From: an uncultured Acidobacteriaceae bacterium | GTDB lineage: Bacteria; Acidobacteriota; Terriglobia; Terriglobales; Acidobacteriaceae | Direction of reading: 5' to 3' | DNA: 64,000 bases | Assembly: GCA_963724855.1 (NCBI GenBank) | Contig: CAVRWH010000008.1 | Coordinates: 1,360-65,359, forward strand | In this document: positions 18,865 to 28,456 of the stretch, one piece after another | Layout of the letters: every line of letters begins with the position of its first letter | Numbering within the stretch: position 1 is the stretch's first letter | Translations under genes and position numbers: made by a program | The notes under the pieces: model-generated | The model's input: the letters and a program-made list of their open reading frames with translations, nothing else | What the model was told of the DNA's origin: nothing | The model's database searches: none

Positions 18865-21675
18865 ATGAAGAAGTTAGCTTTACTGTCGATTGCTGCGCTG
18901 ACGATTTCTGCCATCTACTTGTATGCATGGCCGGCGCCGAATGTGTTTTACGCCGCGGTGGTGTTGGGCCATGTCGGGCTCGGCGTGTTGTTCTGCATCG
19001 GCGGCTTGCGCCTGCTCCCAACGGCGATGCGCCAGCCGGTGATCGTGAAGCTGGCGACGCTGGTGCTGATCGTTGGTGCGGCGCTTGGATTGGTGCTGAT
19101 CTACACCGGCGCGGCGCGTCCCTATACGAAACTGTTGCTGACTCACGGAGCGGTGTCGTTCCTGGCAGTGGCGTTGCTGGCAGGGTGGTGGTACAGCCGC
19201 CGCAAAGAGTCGGGTGGCAGTGGGTGGATCCCGCCACTGGGCGCGGTTGCCGTGGCTGTCGTAATTACGCTGGGCGCGCAATACGCCCGAACTTCGTGGA
19301 GCAAGCGTTACGTCATTCGCAATCCCGAGATAGCGCCGCTGTCGATGAATAGCGAGGGCGGCGGCTCGCACGGCCCGTTCTTCCCCAGCTCGTCGCAGGT
19401 TGCGGGTGACCGGAAGATTCCGTCGAAGTTCTTCATGGAGTCGGACGCCTGCCAGCGCTGCCACCAGGACATTTACAAAGAGTGGCAAAGTTCGGCCCAT
19501 CACTTCTCGTCGTTCAACAATCAGTGGTATCGCAAGAGCGTCGAGTACATGCAGCAGGTTAACGGCGTGCAGGCGTCGAAGTGGTGTGCGGGTTGTCACG
19601 ATCCGGCGCTGCTCTACAGCGGCAAGATGGACATCCCCATCCAACAGATTGTGCACACTCCCGAAGCGCAGGCTGGCATGGGTTGCATGATGTGCCACTC
19701 GATCGTGCGGGTGAAGAGCACGATGGGGCAAGGCGACTTCATGCTGGAGTACCCGGAGCTACACGAACTCGCCGCCACCAAGAACCCCGTGCTGCGCTGG
19801 ATCCACGATTTCAGCATCAAGCTCAACCCCGAGCCGCATCGCCGCGTCTTCCTCAAGCCCTTTATGCAGAGCCAGACGCCGGAATTCTGCTCGTCATGCC
19901 ACAAGGTGCATCTTGACGTGCCGGTGAACAACTACCGCTGGCTGCGCGGCTTCAACGAATACGACAACTGGCAGGCTAGTGGCGTGTCCGGATTCGGCGC
20001 GCGCTCGTTCTATTACCCTCCGAAACCGCAAGGCTGCCAGGACTGCCACATGCCCGCTACAAATTCCGATGACATGGGCAACATTGCGGGCAAGATCCAT
20101 TCGCACTCCTTCCCCGCGGCCAACACGGCTCTGCCCACGGCCAACCAGGACGCGCGCCAGTTGGAAATGACAGAGAACTTCCTGAAAAGCGGCACGCTCA
20201 GCATCGACATCTTTGCGCTGTCGAATGCGTCGGCCAAGATCGGTGTGTCGGGGGGCCCGCAAACCGATTTGCAGACGACGTTCGCCGTGGGCGAAGAGTC
20301 CGAGATGAAGACCACGGGCGAATCCGCCGGGGTCGTCGCGCCCGTGACCGCTCCGCTGGACAAAGTGCAGGGAACGGTGCGCCGCGGCGAGAGCGCACGC
20401 ATCGACGTGGTGGTGCGCACGCGCAAAGTCGGACACTTCTTCCCTGGCGGGACCGTCGATGCTCCCGAGACATGGGTCGAATTGAAAGCCGTGGACGACA
20501 AGGGCCAGGTGATTTTCTGGAGTGGCAAGGCAGGCGATGACGGCAAGGGGCCGGTTGATCCCGGCGCGCACTTCTACCGCTCGCTGCAGATCGACGAGCA
20601 CGGTAACCCCATCAACAAACGCAATGCGTGGGCCACGCGCGCCGTGGTGTACGTGCGGCTGATACCTCCGGGTGCGGCTGACACCATTCACTACCGGATG
20701 AACGTGCCGCAGAATGCAGGCAGCAAAATCACGCTCACCGCGAAGTTGTGCTATCGCAAGTTCTCCTGGTGGAATACGCACTTCGCTTATGCAGGAGTCT
20801 CGCAACAACCGCCGGCTGCGCCGCAGACCGCCAAGAGCTATGACGATCGGCAATTTACTTTCGACGGCGACCTCAGCCAGGTTTCGGGCAAGCTGCATGA
20901 GATTCCCGAACTGCCCATCGTTGTCATTGCCGAAGACACCATTGAACTGAAGGTGTTGCCGAAGGGCGCGCCAGCCGACGCCCCCAAAACGATTGTCGAG
21001 AAAGCCGACTGGCAGCGCTGGAACGACTACGGCATCGGATTGTTCCTGCAAGGCGATTTCAAGGGAGCTGCAGCGGCGTGGGAGAAGGTGACTGAAGCTG
21101 ATCCCAACAATCCCGATGGTTGGGTGAACCTGGGCCGCGTTGCCGTGCAAGAGGGCGACATGGAGCGGGCCCGCGTCGTTCTCAACAAGGCGCTGGCTAT
21201 CGATCCCAATCTCGCGCGTGCAAACTATTTTTATGCCCGCGTATTGCGTTCTGACGGCGATTACGACGGCGCGGCGGCGCGCTTGTTCAAGGTGGCCGAG
21301 CAATATCCCAAGGACCGCGTGGTCCGCAACGACCTGGGACGCACGTACTTTTTGGCGCGCAAATATCCTGAGGCGATCGAACAACTCAAACTGGCGATCG
21401 CCGTCGATCCCGAAGACCTGCAAGCCAACTACAACCTCATGCTCTGCTACAAGGGGATGGGCGATGCGACGAAGGCGGCGGAGTATGAAAAGCTCTACCT
21501 GCGCTTCAAGGCTGATGAGTCATCGCAGGTCATTACCGGGCCGTATCGACGGCTACATCCCGAGGACAACAACGAACGCCAACTGATTCACGAGCACGGC
21601 TCCGCACCGCTCAAGCCGGCCAAGGCGCCGGTGGGCATCGCGGAGAAACACGCCGTGACTGCAGGAGGCAAGTAA
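18865..21675 (+). CDS. membrane-anchored pentahaem c-type cytochrome fused to C-terminal TPR repeats
   Basis: Five N-terminal TM helices (residues about 4-140). Five CxxCH motifs: CQRCH 19450-19464, CAGCH 19585-19599, CMMCH 19684-19698, CSSCH 19888-19902, CQDCH 20045-20059. C-terminal TPRs (WQRWNDYGIGLFLQGDFKGAAAAWEKVTEADPNNPDGWVNLGRV...). GGAGG lies upstream of the ATG. Confidence 0.85.
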   Translation: MKKLALLSIAALTISAIYLYAWPAPNVFYAAVVLGHVGLGVLFCIGGLRLLPTAMRQPVIVKLATLVLIVGAALGLVLIYTGAARPYTKLLLTHGAVSFLAVALLAGWWYSRRKESGGSGWIPPLGAVAVAVVITLGAQYARTSWSKRYVIRNPEIAPLSMNSEGGGSHGPFFPSSSQVAGDRKIPSKFFMESDACQRCHQDIYKEWQSSAHHFSSFNNQWYRKSVEYMQQVNGVQASKWCAGCHDPALLYSGKMDIPIQQIVHTPEAQAGMGCMMCHSIVRVKSTMGQGDFMLEYPELHELAATKNPVLRWIHDFSIKLNPEPHRRVFLKPFMQSQTPEFCSSCHKVHLDVPVNNYRWLRGFNEYDNWQASGVSGFGARSFYYPPKPQGCQDCHMPATNSDDMGNIAGKIHSHSFPAANTALPTANQDARQLEMTENFLKSGTLSIDIFALSNASAKIGVSGGPQTDLQTTFAVGEESEMKTTGESAGVVAPVTAPLDKVQGTVRRGESARIDVVVRTRKVGHFFPGGTVDAPETWVELKAVDDKGQVIFWSGKAGDDGKGPVDPGAHFYRSLQIDEHGNPINKRNAWATRAVVYVRLIPPGAADTIHYRMNVPQNAGSKITLTAKLCYRKFSWWNTHFAYAGVSQQPPAAPQTAKSYDDRQFTFDGDLSQVSGKLHEIPELPIVVIAEDTIELKVLPKGAPADAPKTIVEKADWQRWNDYGIGLFLQGDFKGAAAAWEKVTEADPNNPDGWVNLGRVAVQEGDMERARVVLNKALAIDPNLARANYFYARVLRSDGDYDGAAARLFKVAEQYPKDRVVRNDLGRTYFLARKYPEAIEQLKLAIAVDPEDLQANYNLMLCYKGMGDATKAAEYEKLYLRFKADESSQVITGPYRRLHPEDNNERQLIHEHGSAPLKPAKAPVGIAEKHAVTAGGK

Positions 21676-21682
21676 ACAGGCC

Positions 21683-23407
21683 ATGAATCTCATACGAAAG
21701 TCATCATCTCTTTTTCTTATGTGCGCGGTGCTGGTCTCCGCCGCAGCGGCGCAGGTCACGTTCAAAGACATCACCAAACAGGCGGGCATCACCTTCGTCC
21801 ACAACAGTGGTGCGGTGGGAAAGAAGTGGCTGCCGGAGACCATGGGAATCGGTTGCGCCTTCATCGATTACGATAATGACGGCTACCCCGACATCCTTCT
21901 CGTCAACGGCAAAGACTGGAATGCGACCGGCAAGGGTTCGACGCTGAAGCTCTATCACAACAATCGCAACGGCACGTTCACTGACGTGACTGCGAAAGCC
22001 GGGCTGGCGATCTCCCTCTACGGGATGGGCGCGGCCGTGGCTGATTACGACAACGACGGCTATGACGACATCTATGTTTCTGCCCTGGGTCAGAGCCACC
22101 TGTTCCACAACAACGGCAACGGCACATTTACCGATGTCACCAAGTCCGCGGGCATGATGGGCCCCAACGAATTCAGCACCAGCGCGGCGTGGTTCGATTA
22201 CGATCGCGACGGCAAGCTTGACCTGATCGTCGTCAATTACGTGCAGTGGACCCCGCAGGGCGACATCTACTGCACACTCGATGGCACGCACAAGTCGTAC
22301 TGCACTCCTGAGTCGTACAAGGGAGCGTCGGTGCGTTTGTGGCACAACCTCGGCAACGGAAAGTTCGAAGACGCCACCGCGAAGGCTGGCCTCTTCGACA
22401 ACTCGTCAAAGTCGCTGGGCGTAGCCGTGCTCGATGTGAACAACGACGGCTGGCCTGATCTGGTGATCGCCAACGATACCCAGCCCAACAAGCTCTACGT
22501 GAACAATACCAAGGGAGGCTTCACCGAGTCGGCCGTCTCGGCGGGGATCGCCTTCAGCGAAGACGGAGTGGCGCGCGCCGGCATGGGCGTCGATGCGGCC
22601 GACTACGACCACACAGGGCGGCCGAGTATTGTCATCGGCAACTTTGCCAACCAGATGCTGGCGCTGTACCACAACGAAGGCAACGGTCTGTTCGTGGATG
22701 AAGCGCCACGCTCCGAGATCGGGCGCCGCAGCCTGCTGACGCTGGGCTTTGCCACTCTATTCTTTGACTACGATAACGATGGCTGGGTCGATATCTTCGT
22801 CGCCAACGGTCACATCGAGAATGAAATCGAGCGCATCCAGAAGCGTGTGCACTATGCAGAGTCGCCGCACCTGTTTCACAACTTGGGCAAGGGAAAGTTT
22901 GCCGACGCGACGCAGGCGGTTGGGCCGGAACTCGGTACGCCACGTGTCGGGCGAGGCGCCGCTTATGCCGACATCGACAACGATGGCGACCTCGATCTGT
23001 TGATGACCACCAACGCCGGTCCTGCTGTGCTGTTCCGCAATGACGGCGGCAACAGCAACAAGAGCCTCCGCATTAAGCTGGTGGGCACGCGGTCGAACCG
23101 TGACGGAATCGGAACGATGGCCGTCGTCAAGGCCAATGGCGACCGCCAGACGCAAATGCTGCGCAGTGGATCAGGCTACCTGTCGTCGAGCGAACTCGTG
23201 CTGACCTTTGGGTTGGGCAAGGCCGCGCAGGCCGACGAGATCGAGTTGCGTTGGCCCAGCGGACAGGTGGACAAGCTCTATAAAGTCGCTGCGGGGCAAA
23301 CTGTCACCGTCAAGGAAGGTTCAGGCATCGTGCAGCAGAGGGCATTTGGGGCAGCGCCGCCTCCAGCGGCGACGGCTGTGGCCACGCCGCACAAGACTGC
23401 GAAATGA
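21683..23407 (+). CDS. CRTAC1-family protein (FG-GAP/VCBS repeats + UnbV/ASPIC)
   Basis: Signal peptide. Seven DxDxDG loops (FIDYDNDGYPDILL, VADYDNDGYDDIYV, WFDYDRDGKLDLIV, VLDVNNDGWPDLVI, FFDYDNDGWVDIFV, YADIDNDGDLDLLM...). UnbV-like module SLRIKLVGTRSNRDGIGTMAVV..GSGYLSSSE..IELRWPSG. Confidence 0.85.
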   Translation: MNLIRKSSSLFLMCAVLVSAAAAQVTFKDITKQAGITFVHNSGAVGKKWLPETMGIGCAFIDYDNDGYPDILLVNGKDWNATGKGSTLKLYHNNRNGTFTDVTAKAGLAISLYGMGAAVADYDNDGYDDIYVSALGQSHLFHNNGNGTFTDVTKSAGMMGPNEFSTSAAWFDYDRDGKLDLIVVNYVQWTPQGDIYCTLDGTHKSYCTPESYKGASVRLWHNLGNGKFEDATAKAGLFDNSSKSLGVAVLDVNNDGWPDLVIANDTQPNKLYVNNTKGGFTESAVSAGIAFSEDGVARAGMGVDAADYDHTGRPSIVIGNFANQMLALYHNEGNGLFVDEAPRSEIGRRSLLTLGFATLFFDYDNDGWVDIFVANGHIENEIERIQKRVHYAESPHLFHNLGKGKFADATQAVGPELGTPRVGRGAAYADIDNDGDLDLLMTTNAGPAVLFRNDGGNSNKSLRIKLVGTRSNRDGIGTMAVVKANGDRQTQMLRSGSGYLSSSELVLTFGLGKAAQADEIELRWPSGQVDKLYKVAAGQTVTVKEGSGIVQQRAFGAAPPPAATAVATPHKTAK

Positions 23408-24823
23408 CGATAAGTCCCGTCACGCAACAGTCGGCGGTAGAACTACTGGCGCTTCTGCGAACGCGTAAGATTTCGGCACTGGAGCTGGCCGACGAATACA
23501 TTCGCCAAATCGAGCGACTGAATCCGACAATTAACGCGCTGGTGGATTTCGACGCCGAACGTGTCAAGCAGCAGGCGCGCGCGATAGATCAATCGTCCAC
23601 TCCGCACGGCTTATTGGCCGGACTTCCAGTGACAGTGAAGTCGTCGATCTCAACCGCAGGCTATCGCTGCGAGATCGGCAGCGTAGTCAATCGCGGAAGC
23701 ATTCCGGCAAGAGATGCAACGGTCGTAGCGCGGCTGCGAGCTGCGGGCGCGGTGATTCTCGGCACGACCAACTGCCCTGAATATCTGATGGCTTATGTCA
23801 CCGACAATCTGTTGCACGGGCGAACAAACAATCCTTGGAACCTCGACTACACGCCGGGTGGCTCGAGCGGCGGCGAATCGGCTGCGATTGCAGCCGGAAT
23901 GTCCGCGGGAGGACTGGGCAGCGACAGCGGCGGTTCGGTGCGCGTACCGGCGCACTTCACCGGCATCTGTTCACTGAAACCGACACCGGGGCGTATCCCC
24001 GGCGTTGGCCACCTGCCCCCGTGCATCGGCCCATTTTCGTTCCTCGGAGCAATCGGCCCCATGGCGCGTACCATCGGCGACGTGACGCTGTTGTTTCGAG
24101 TACTGTCAGGACAGGATCCAATCGATCCCGCAAGTCCGCCGCTTGCGTTGCGTACTCCGAGCCTCGAAGAGGCGAGACGGCTGCCGATTGGCTACTTCGA
24201 AGACGACGGCTTGGTGCCGGTGACTCGGGAGACGCGGATAGCTATTCAAGCGGCCTCCGGCGCGCTTCGCGAAGCCGGTTTTGATGTTCGTCCGTTTCGT
24301 CCCAACGCACTCGAGCCCGCCCGCAAGCTGTGGGAGCTGTTCTTCCTGCGCTGCGGCGCGATGTTTGAGGAGCCACTGGTTCGGGGCCACGAAGACCAGC
24401 TCAGCCCCGTTTTTCGCGACTTTCTGACGCGGGCGCACGCCGCCGGGCCGCTTACCGCTGAAGAAGTGCTGACGGCGTGGGCCGAAGCAGACATTATTCG
24501 CAGCAAGCTGTTGGCCCAGATGCAGGAGTTCCCGCTGCTGCTGTGCCCGGTCGCTTCGGTGCCGGCGTTTCGCCACGACGAGCGAAGCTGGACGATCGAC
24601 GGCGAGCCGGTCGAATACCTCGACGCCATGCGCTATTCGCAGTGGTTCAATTTGCTGGCCGCGCCCGCAGCGGTCGTGCCGGTTGGCCGCTCGCCCGAGG
24701 GCACTGCCCATCGGCGTGCAGATCGTGGGCCGCCCATTCGAAGACGAAACCGTGCTAAAGGTCGCGTCGGTGATCGATGAAGCGTTTGGCTATCAACCGC
24801 CGCCAATCTCCAATCCTGACTAA
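23404..24823 (+). pseudogene. amidase-signature family enzyme (GatA-like); one apparent frameshift near 24703
   Basis: Signature GGSSGGESAAIAAGMSAGGLGSDSGGSVRVPA and an upstream catalytic Lys region (PVTVKSSI). The start overlaps the upstream stop (ATGA 23404-23407). After the shift, frame +1 gives the family-typical end LPIGVQIVGRPFEDETVLKVASVIDEAF..., with stop TAA at 24821-24823. Confidence 0.8.
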
Positions 24824-24841
24824 GCTGCGATAATAAAATCT

Positions 24842-26629
24842 TGGACTCTCGACTCATGCACGACTTCCGTACGCCTGCGCACGGGCCTGGCCCTTTTTCT
24901 GACCGTGCTGACGACTTATAACGCCTTCTCCCAAGCTCACTCCGTTGCCCCACCTCCGCCACCGGGGGCCAAGAATGTGGTGTGCAAAGACCGGGCCATT
25001 CCGCAACTCGTCGACGTCACCGAAAAGACTGGCATCAAGTTCACGCACGTTGCCGATCCCGACAAGAAGTACATCGTCGAGTCGATGGGCGGCGGCGTGC
25101 TCGTTCTCGACTACGACCGTGACGGCTGGCCTGACATCTACTTCACCAACGCGCCAACAGTCGCCATGGCGCTCAAGAACCAGCCCGCACGCGGCGCGCT
25201 CTATCACAACAATCACGACGGCACCTTTACCGATGTGACCGACAAAGCTGGCGTCGCCACGCCCTGCTTTGCCATGGGCGGTGCGGTAGGCGACTACAAC
25301 AACGATGGCTGGCCCGACATGGTCATCACCTGTCTCGGCCACACGATTCTCTACCGCAACAACGGCGACGGCACGTTTACCGACGTCACCAAGCAGGCGG
25401 GCATCGACGATCCCCGCTGGTCTACCGGCGCTTCTTTCGGCGATTACGACAACGACGGCTTCGTGGACCTGATGGTCACCCGCTACGTGGACTTCCAGTT
25501 GACCGACCTGCCGCAGTTCGGCAGCAGCCCTACCTGTAAGTATCGCGGCATCGACGTGCAGTGCGGACCGCGCGGGTTGCGCGGTGCTGGCGACTCGCTC
25601 TACCACAACAATGGCGATGGCACATTCACCGACGTCAGCAAGCAGGCGGGTGTAGACGATCCTCGCGGCTACTACGGACTGGGCGTCTTGTGGGCTGACT
25701 TCGACAACAAAGGGCGTCCCGACATCTACGTCGCCGACGACTCCACGCCGAAGTACCTCTACCGCAATGACGGCAACGGCAAGTTCACGGATATCGGACT
25801 TGAGTCAGGCACCGCAGTGAGCGCCGACGGCTCCGAGCAGGGCTCGATGGGCATTGCCCTCGGAGACTACATCCACAACGGGCTGCCGTCGCTGTACGTG
25901 ACCAACTTCGCCGACGAGTACAACATTCTTTACCTCAACCAGGGTGGCTACGATTTCCGCGATGTCTCGTACGACTCGGGCGTCGCGGTGGCCGCGCTGC
26001 CGTGGGTGAAGTGGGGCACCGCCTTCTTCGATCTCGATAATGACGGCTGGCTCGACCTGATCTCGGTCAACGGGCAGGTGTATCCGCAGGTGGATCAGTT
26101 GCCCTCTGGAGCGCGCTATCGTCAGCCCAAGAACCTCTTCATGAACCAGCGCAACGGCAAGTTCTGCGATGCGCAGACGCAGGCCGGTCCGGCGCTGCAG
26201 ATTCCCCGCGTCAGCCGCGGGCTGGCCATCGCCGACCTCGACAACGACGGCAACGTGGACATCGTCATCGCCGACCTCGACGGCGAGCCCATGATTCTGC
26301 ATAACCAGGGACTGCCCGGAAAGCACTGGGTGAGCTTCGAGTTGGCGGGAACCAAGAGCAATCGCCTGGCGATCGGAGCAAAACTCAAGCTGGTTGCCGG
26401 AGGCATGACGCAAACAGCCCAGATATTCAGCGGCGGCAGCTATCTTTCCAACCACGACTTCCGCGTGCACTTCGGCCTAAACGACGCCACCAAGATTGAT
26501 TCGCTGGAAATCAAGTGGCCGTCCGGCAAGGTCGAAACGATTACCAACCTGAAGCCCGACCAGTTTTATTCGGTATTGGAAGGCAGCGGCATCGTCGATC
26601 GCGACAAGATCGTGCCGAAGAAGAAGTAA
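24842..26629 (+). CDS. CRTAC1-family protein (FG-GAP/VCBS repeats + UnbV/ASPIC)
   Basis: DxDxDG loops (VLDYDRDGWPDIYF, VGDYNNDGWPDMVI, FGDYDNDGFVDLMV, FFDLDNDGWLDLIS, IADLDNDGNVDIVI). UnbV-like module HWVSFELAGTKSNRLAIGAKLKL..SGGSYLSNHD..LEIKWPSG. The supplied ORF starts at GTG 24905. In-frame TTG 24842 would add the signal-peptide n-region (RLRTGLALFLTVLTTYNAFSQA). Confidence 0.85.
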   Translation, partial: WTLDSCTTSVRLRTGLALFLTVLTTYNAFSQAHSVAPPPPPGAKNVVCKDRAIPQLVDVTEKTGIKFTHVADPDKKYIVESMGGGVLVLDYDRDGWPDIYFTNAPTVAMALKNQPARGALYHNNHDGTFTDVTDKAGVATPCFAMGGAVGDYNNDGWPDMVITCLGHTILYRNNGDGTFTDVTKQAGIDDPRWSTGASFGDYDNDGFVDLMVTRYVDFQLTDLPQFGSSPTCKYRGIDVQCGPRGLRGAGDSLYHNNGDGTFTDVSKQAGVDDPRGYYGLGVLWADFDNKGRPDIYVADDSTPKYLYRNDGNGKFTDIGLESGTAVSADGSEQGSMGIALGDYIHNGLPSLYVTNFADEYNILYLNQGGYDFRDVSYDSGVAVAALPWVKWGTAFFDLDNDGWLDLISVNGQVYPQVDQLPSGARYRQPKNLFMNQRNGKFCDAQTQAGPALQIPRVSRGLAIADLDNDGNVDIVIADLDGEPMILHNQGLPGKHWVSFELAGTKSNRLAIGAKLKLVAGGMTQTAQIFSGGSYLSNHDFRVHFGLNDATKIDSLEIKWPSGKVETITNLKPDQFYSVLEGSGIVDRDKIVPKKK

Positions 26630-28325
26630 CGCCTATTTCTTTCCCACGGCCAGCGGTGGTAACGGCCGTCGATTCTTTGATTCCCGCGCCCTCTACCACC
26701 GTATGAATCGCGTCGGCGGCAACGTTTTTCAATTCTTCCGTGTTGCCGTTGGGCCAGCGGATCACAACTTTCTCGATCTTTGCGGTATCGGGCCCCAGAC
26801 CGAAGTGCAGCCGCAGATCGCTCTGCGAGACATAACTGTTGCCACCCTTGACCTCGCGCAGCTGGGTCACTCCGCCTGCCGTAATCGTTACGCGCGCTCC
26901 GATGGCTGCCTTGTTGCTCTTCGTTCCCACCAGCTTGAACATCACACGATGGTTCGCGTTCTTCGAGTCGTTCAGCAGGATGGACGGCGGTTCGCCCACG
27001 TTGAACACCACGGCATCGATGTTGCCGTCATTGTTCAAGTCTCCATAGGCCACGCCGCGGTGCGATTGCATCGACTCGTCATTTACGCCAGATGCGTCGC
27101 TCACATTGTCGAATGCCTTCTTGCCCGTGTTGCGGAAAACCATCATCGGCTCGCGAAAGCCCGGTTCGCCCGGCAGCGTGTCGATAGCGGTGTAGATGTG
27201 TCCGGCGGCAACCATGATGTCAGGCCAGCCGTCGTTGTCGAAGTCAGCGAAGCCCGTGCCCCACTTCACCCAGCGAAACGTCGCCTGTCCCAGCTTGGCC
27301 GCCCAGGTAATGTCGTTAAACTCGTCACCCTGGTTGTGAAAAAGGTTGTCAGGCTGATACGCGAACGTTGCGACAGTGATGTCGAGTTTGCCGTCGCGGT
27401 CGAAGTCTCCAGCGTCCACGCCCATTGAGCCCATGGCCTTGCCCTCGGCACTTACCGCCGCGCCCGATAGCAGCGCCAGGTCCTCAAAGGTTCCGTCGTG
27501 CTTGTTGCGATACAGGTAGCTCGGTTCAGTATCGTTGCCGACAAACAGGTCCGGCCAGCCGTCGTTGTCGAAGTCGCCCCAGACCACGCCCAGCCCCAGC
27601 CGGCCCTCAGGGTCGCCCACTCCGGCTTTCTTCGACACCTCTTCAAACGTGCCGTCGCCGCGGTTGTGAAACAGGAAATCGGTCTCGCCTGACATGCCCC
27701 ACGGCGCTTCGACAACCAGCCCTTTGTAGTCGGTGTGAATCGGCGGCAGGTTCTTCGCGTCGGTGTGAATGTATCGCGAGACGAACAGATCGACGTTGCC
27801 GTCGCGGTCGTAGTCACCCCAGGCCGCGCCGGTGCTAAAGCCGCCACCAACCACGCCCGCCTTTTCCGTCACGTCTTCAAACTTACAGTTGCCGAGATTG
27901 TGATACAGCGCGTTGCCGCCGTACCCGGTGACATACAAATCGGGCAAGCCATCATTGTCGTAGTCAGCTACGGCCAGCCCCATGCCCCAGCCTTTGCGGG
28001 TAAGTCCGGCCGACTTGGTGATGTCGGCGAACTTGAATCCTTCGCCCTGGTGGTAGAGCGTTACCATCAGGTCACCGCCTGCCTTGTAGCCTTCGATGGT
28101 AGAGGGCGTGACCGCGGCAATATCGAGCTTGCCGTCGTTGTCGCAATCAAACAGCGCCACGCCGCCAGCCATCTGCTGCACGATGTACTTCATCTCCGCT
28201 GGAGGTTTGGTGCCGGGCACACGCAGACCGGCCTCTTTGTTGGCGTTATGAAAATGGATGGGAGCGGCCTGGCCAAACGCCGACGACAATGACAAGCTCA
28301 ACAGCGCGAGAGAAGCCAGACGCAT
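26541..28325 (-). CDS. CRTAC1-family protein (FG-GAP/VCBS repeats + UnbV/ASPIC); 3' end doubtful
   Basis: Signal peptide MRLASLALLSLSLSSAFGQA. DxDxDG loops (LFDCDNDGKLDIAA, VADYDNDGLPDLYV, WGDYDRDGNVDLFV, WGDFDNDGWPDLFV, FADFDNDGWPDIMV, YGDLNNDGNIDAVV). UnbV-like module HRVMFKLVGTKSNKAAIGARVTI..GGNSYVSQSD..VVIRWPNG. The last 30 or so codons overlap the convergent gene by 89 bp. One base fewer in the A run at about 26637-26642 would end the protein at ..GRGKK* (stop complement of 26633-26635). Confidence 0.85.
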   Translation of the reverse strand: MRLASLALLSLSLSSAFGQAAPIHFHNANKEAGLRVPGTKPPAEMKYIVQQMAGGVALFDCDNDGKLDIAAVTPSTIEGYKAGGDLMVTLYHQGEGFKFADITKSAGLTRKGWGMGLAVADYDNDGLPDLYVTGYGGNALYHNLGNCKFEDVTEKAGVVGGGFSTGAAWGDYDRDGNVDLFVSRYIHTDAKNLPPIHTDYKGLVVEAPWGMSGETDFLFHNRGDGTFEEVSKKAGVGDPEGRLGLGVVWGDFDNDGWPDLFVGNDTEPSYLYRNKHDGTFEDLALLSGAAVSAEGKAMGSMGVDAGDFDRDGKLDITVATFAYQPDNLFHNQGDEFNDITWAAKLGQATFRWVKWGTGFADFDNDGWPDIMVAAGHIYTAIDTLPGEPGFREPMMVFRNTGKKAFDNVSDASGVNDESMQSHRGVAYGDLNNDGNIDAVVFNVGEPPSILLNDSKNANHRVMFKLVGTKSNKAAIGARVTITAGGVTQLREVKGGNSYVSQSDLRLHFGLGPDTAKIEKVVIRWPNGNTEELKNVAADAIHTVVEGAGIKESTAVTTAGRGKEIGVTSSSARSCRDRRCRCLPIPNKTGRASGW

Positions 28326-28456
28326 AAAATTGATCGTGGGTAGCGAGGTTACCGTTTCATTCTAGCTTACCCACGGCGGCGGCTCCGGCCATACCTTGAC
28401 ACCGATTCCAAGCCCCACATAACCTGCCAATAGCTCCCTCCAAGGTCTGTAATCGA

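Noticed and set aside
18832-19352. The 3' part of ORF 17058-19352, which overlaps the cytochrome gene by almost 500 bp.
   Set aside because: After about 18790 the translation turns into R/G/A/C-rich low-information sequence. The overlapping frame begins a convincing TM-rich protein with its own GGAGG-ATG. The true stop of the upstream gene is most likely at 18806-18831, after a frameshift.
19894-21423. Very long antisense ORFs that fully overlap well-supported genes. Examples: 19894-21423(-), 55135-56385(-), 56515-57765(+), 60043-61236(+), 44487-45803(-), 35604-36815(-), 34084-35055(-), 17061-18089(-), 24854-25606(-).
   Set aside because: These are typical shadow ORFs of GC-rich DNA. Their translations are R/A/G/H/V-rich with no recognisable motifs. 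The opposite strand carries clear family signatures in every case.
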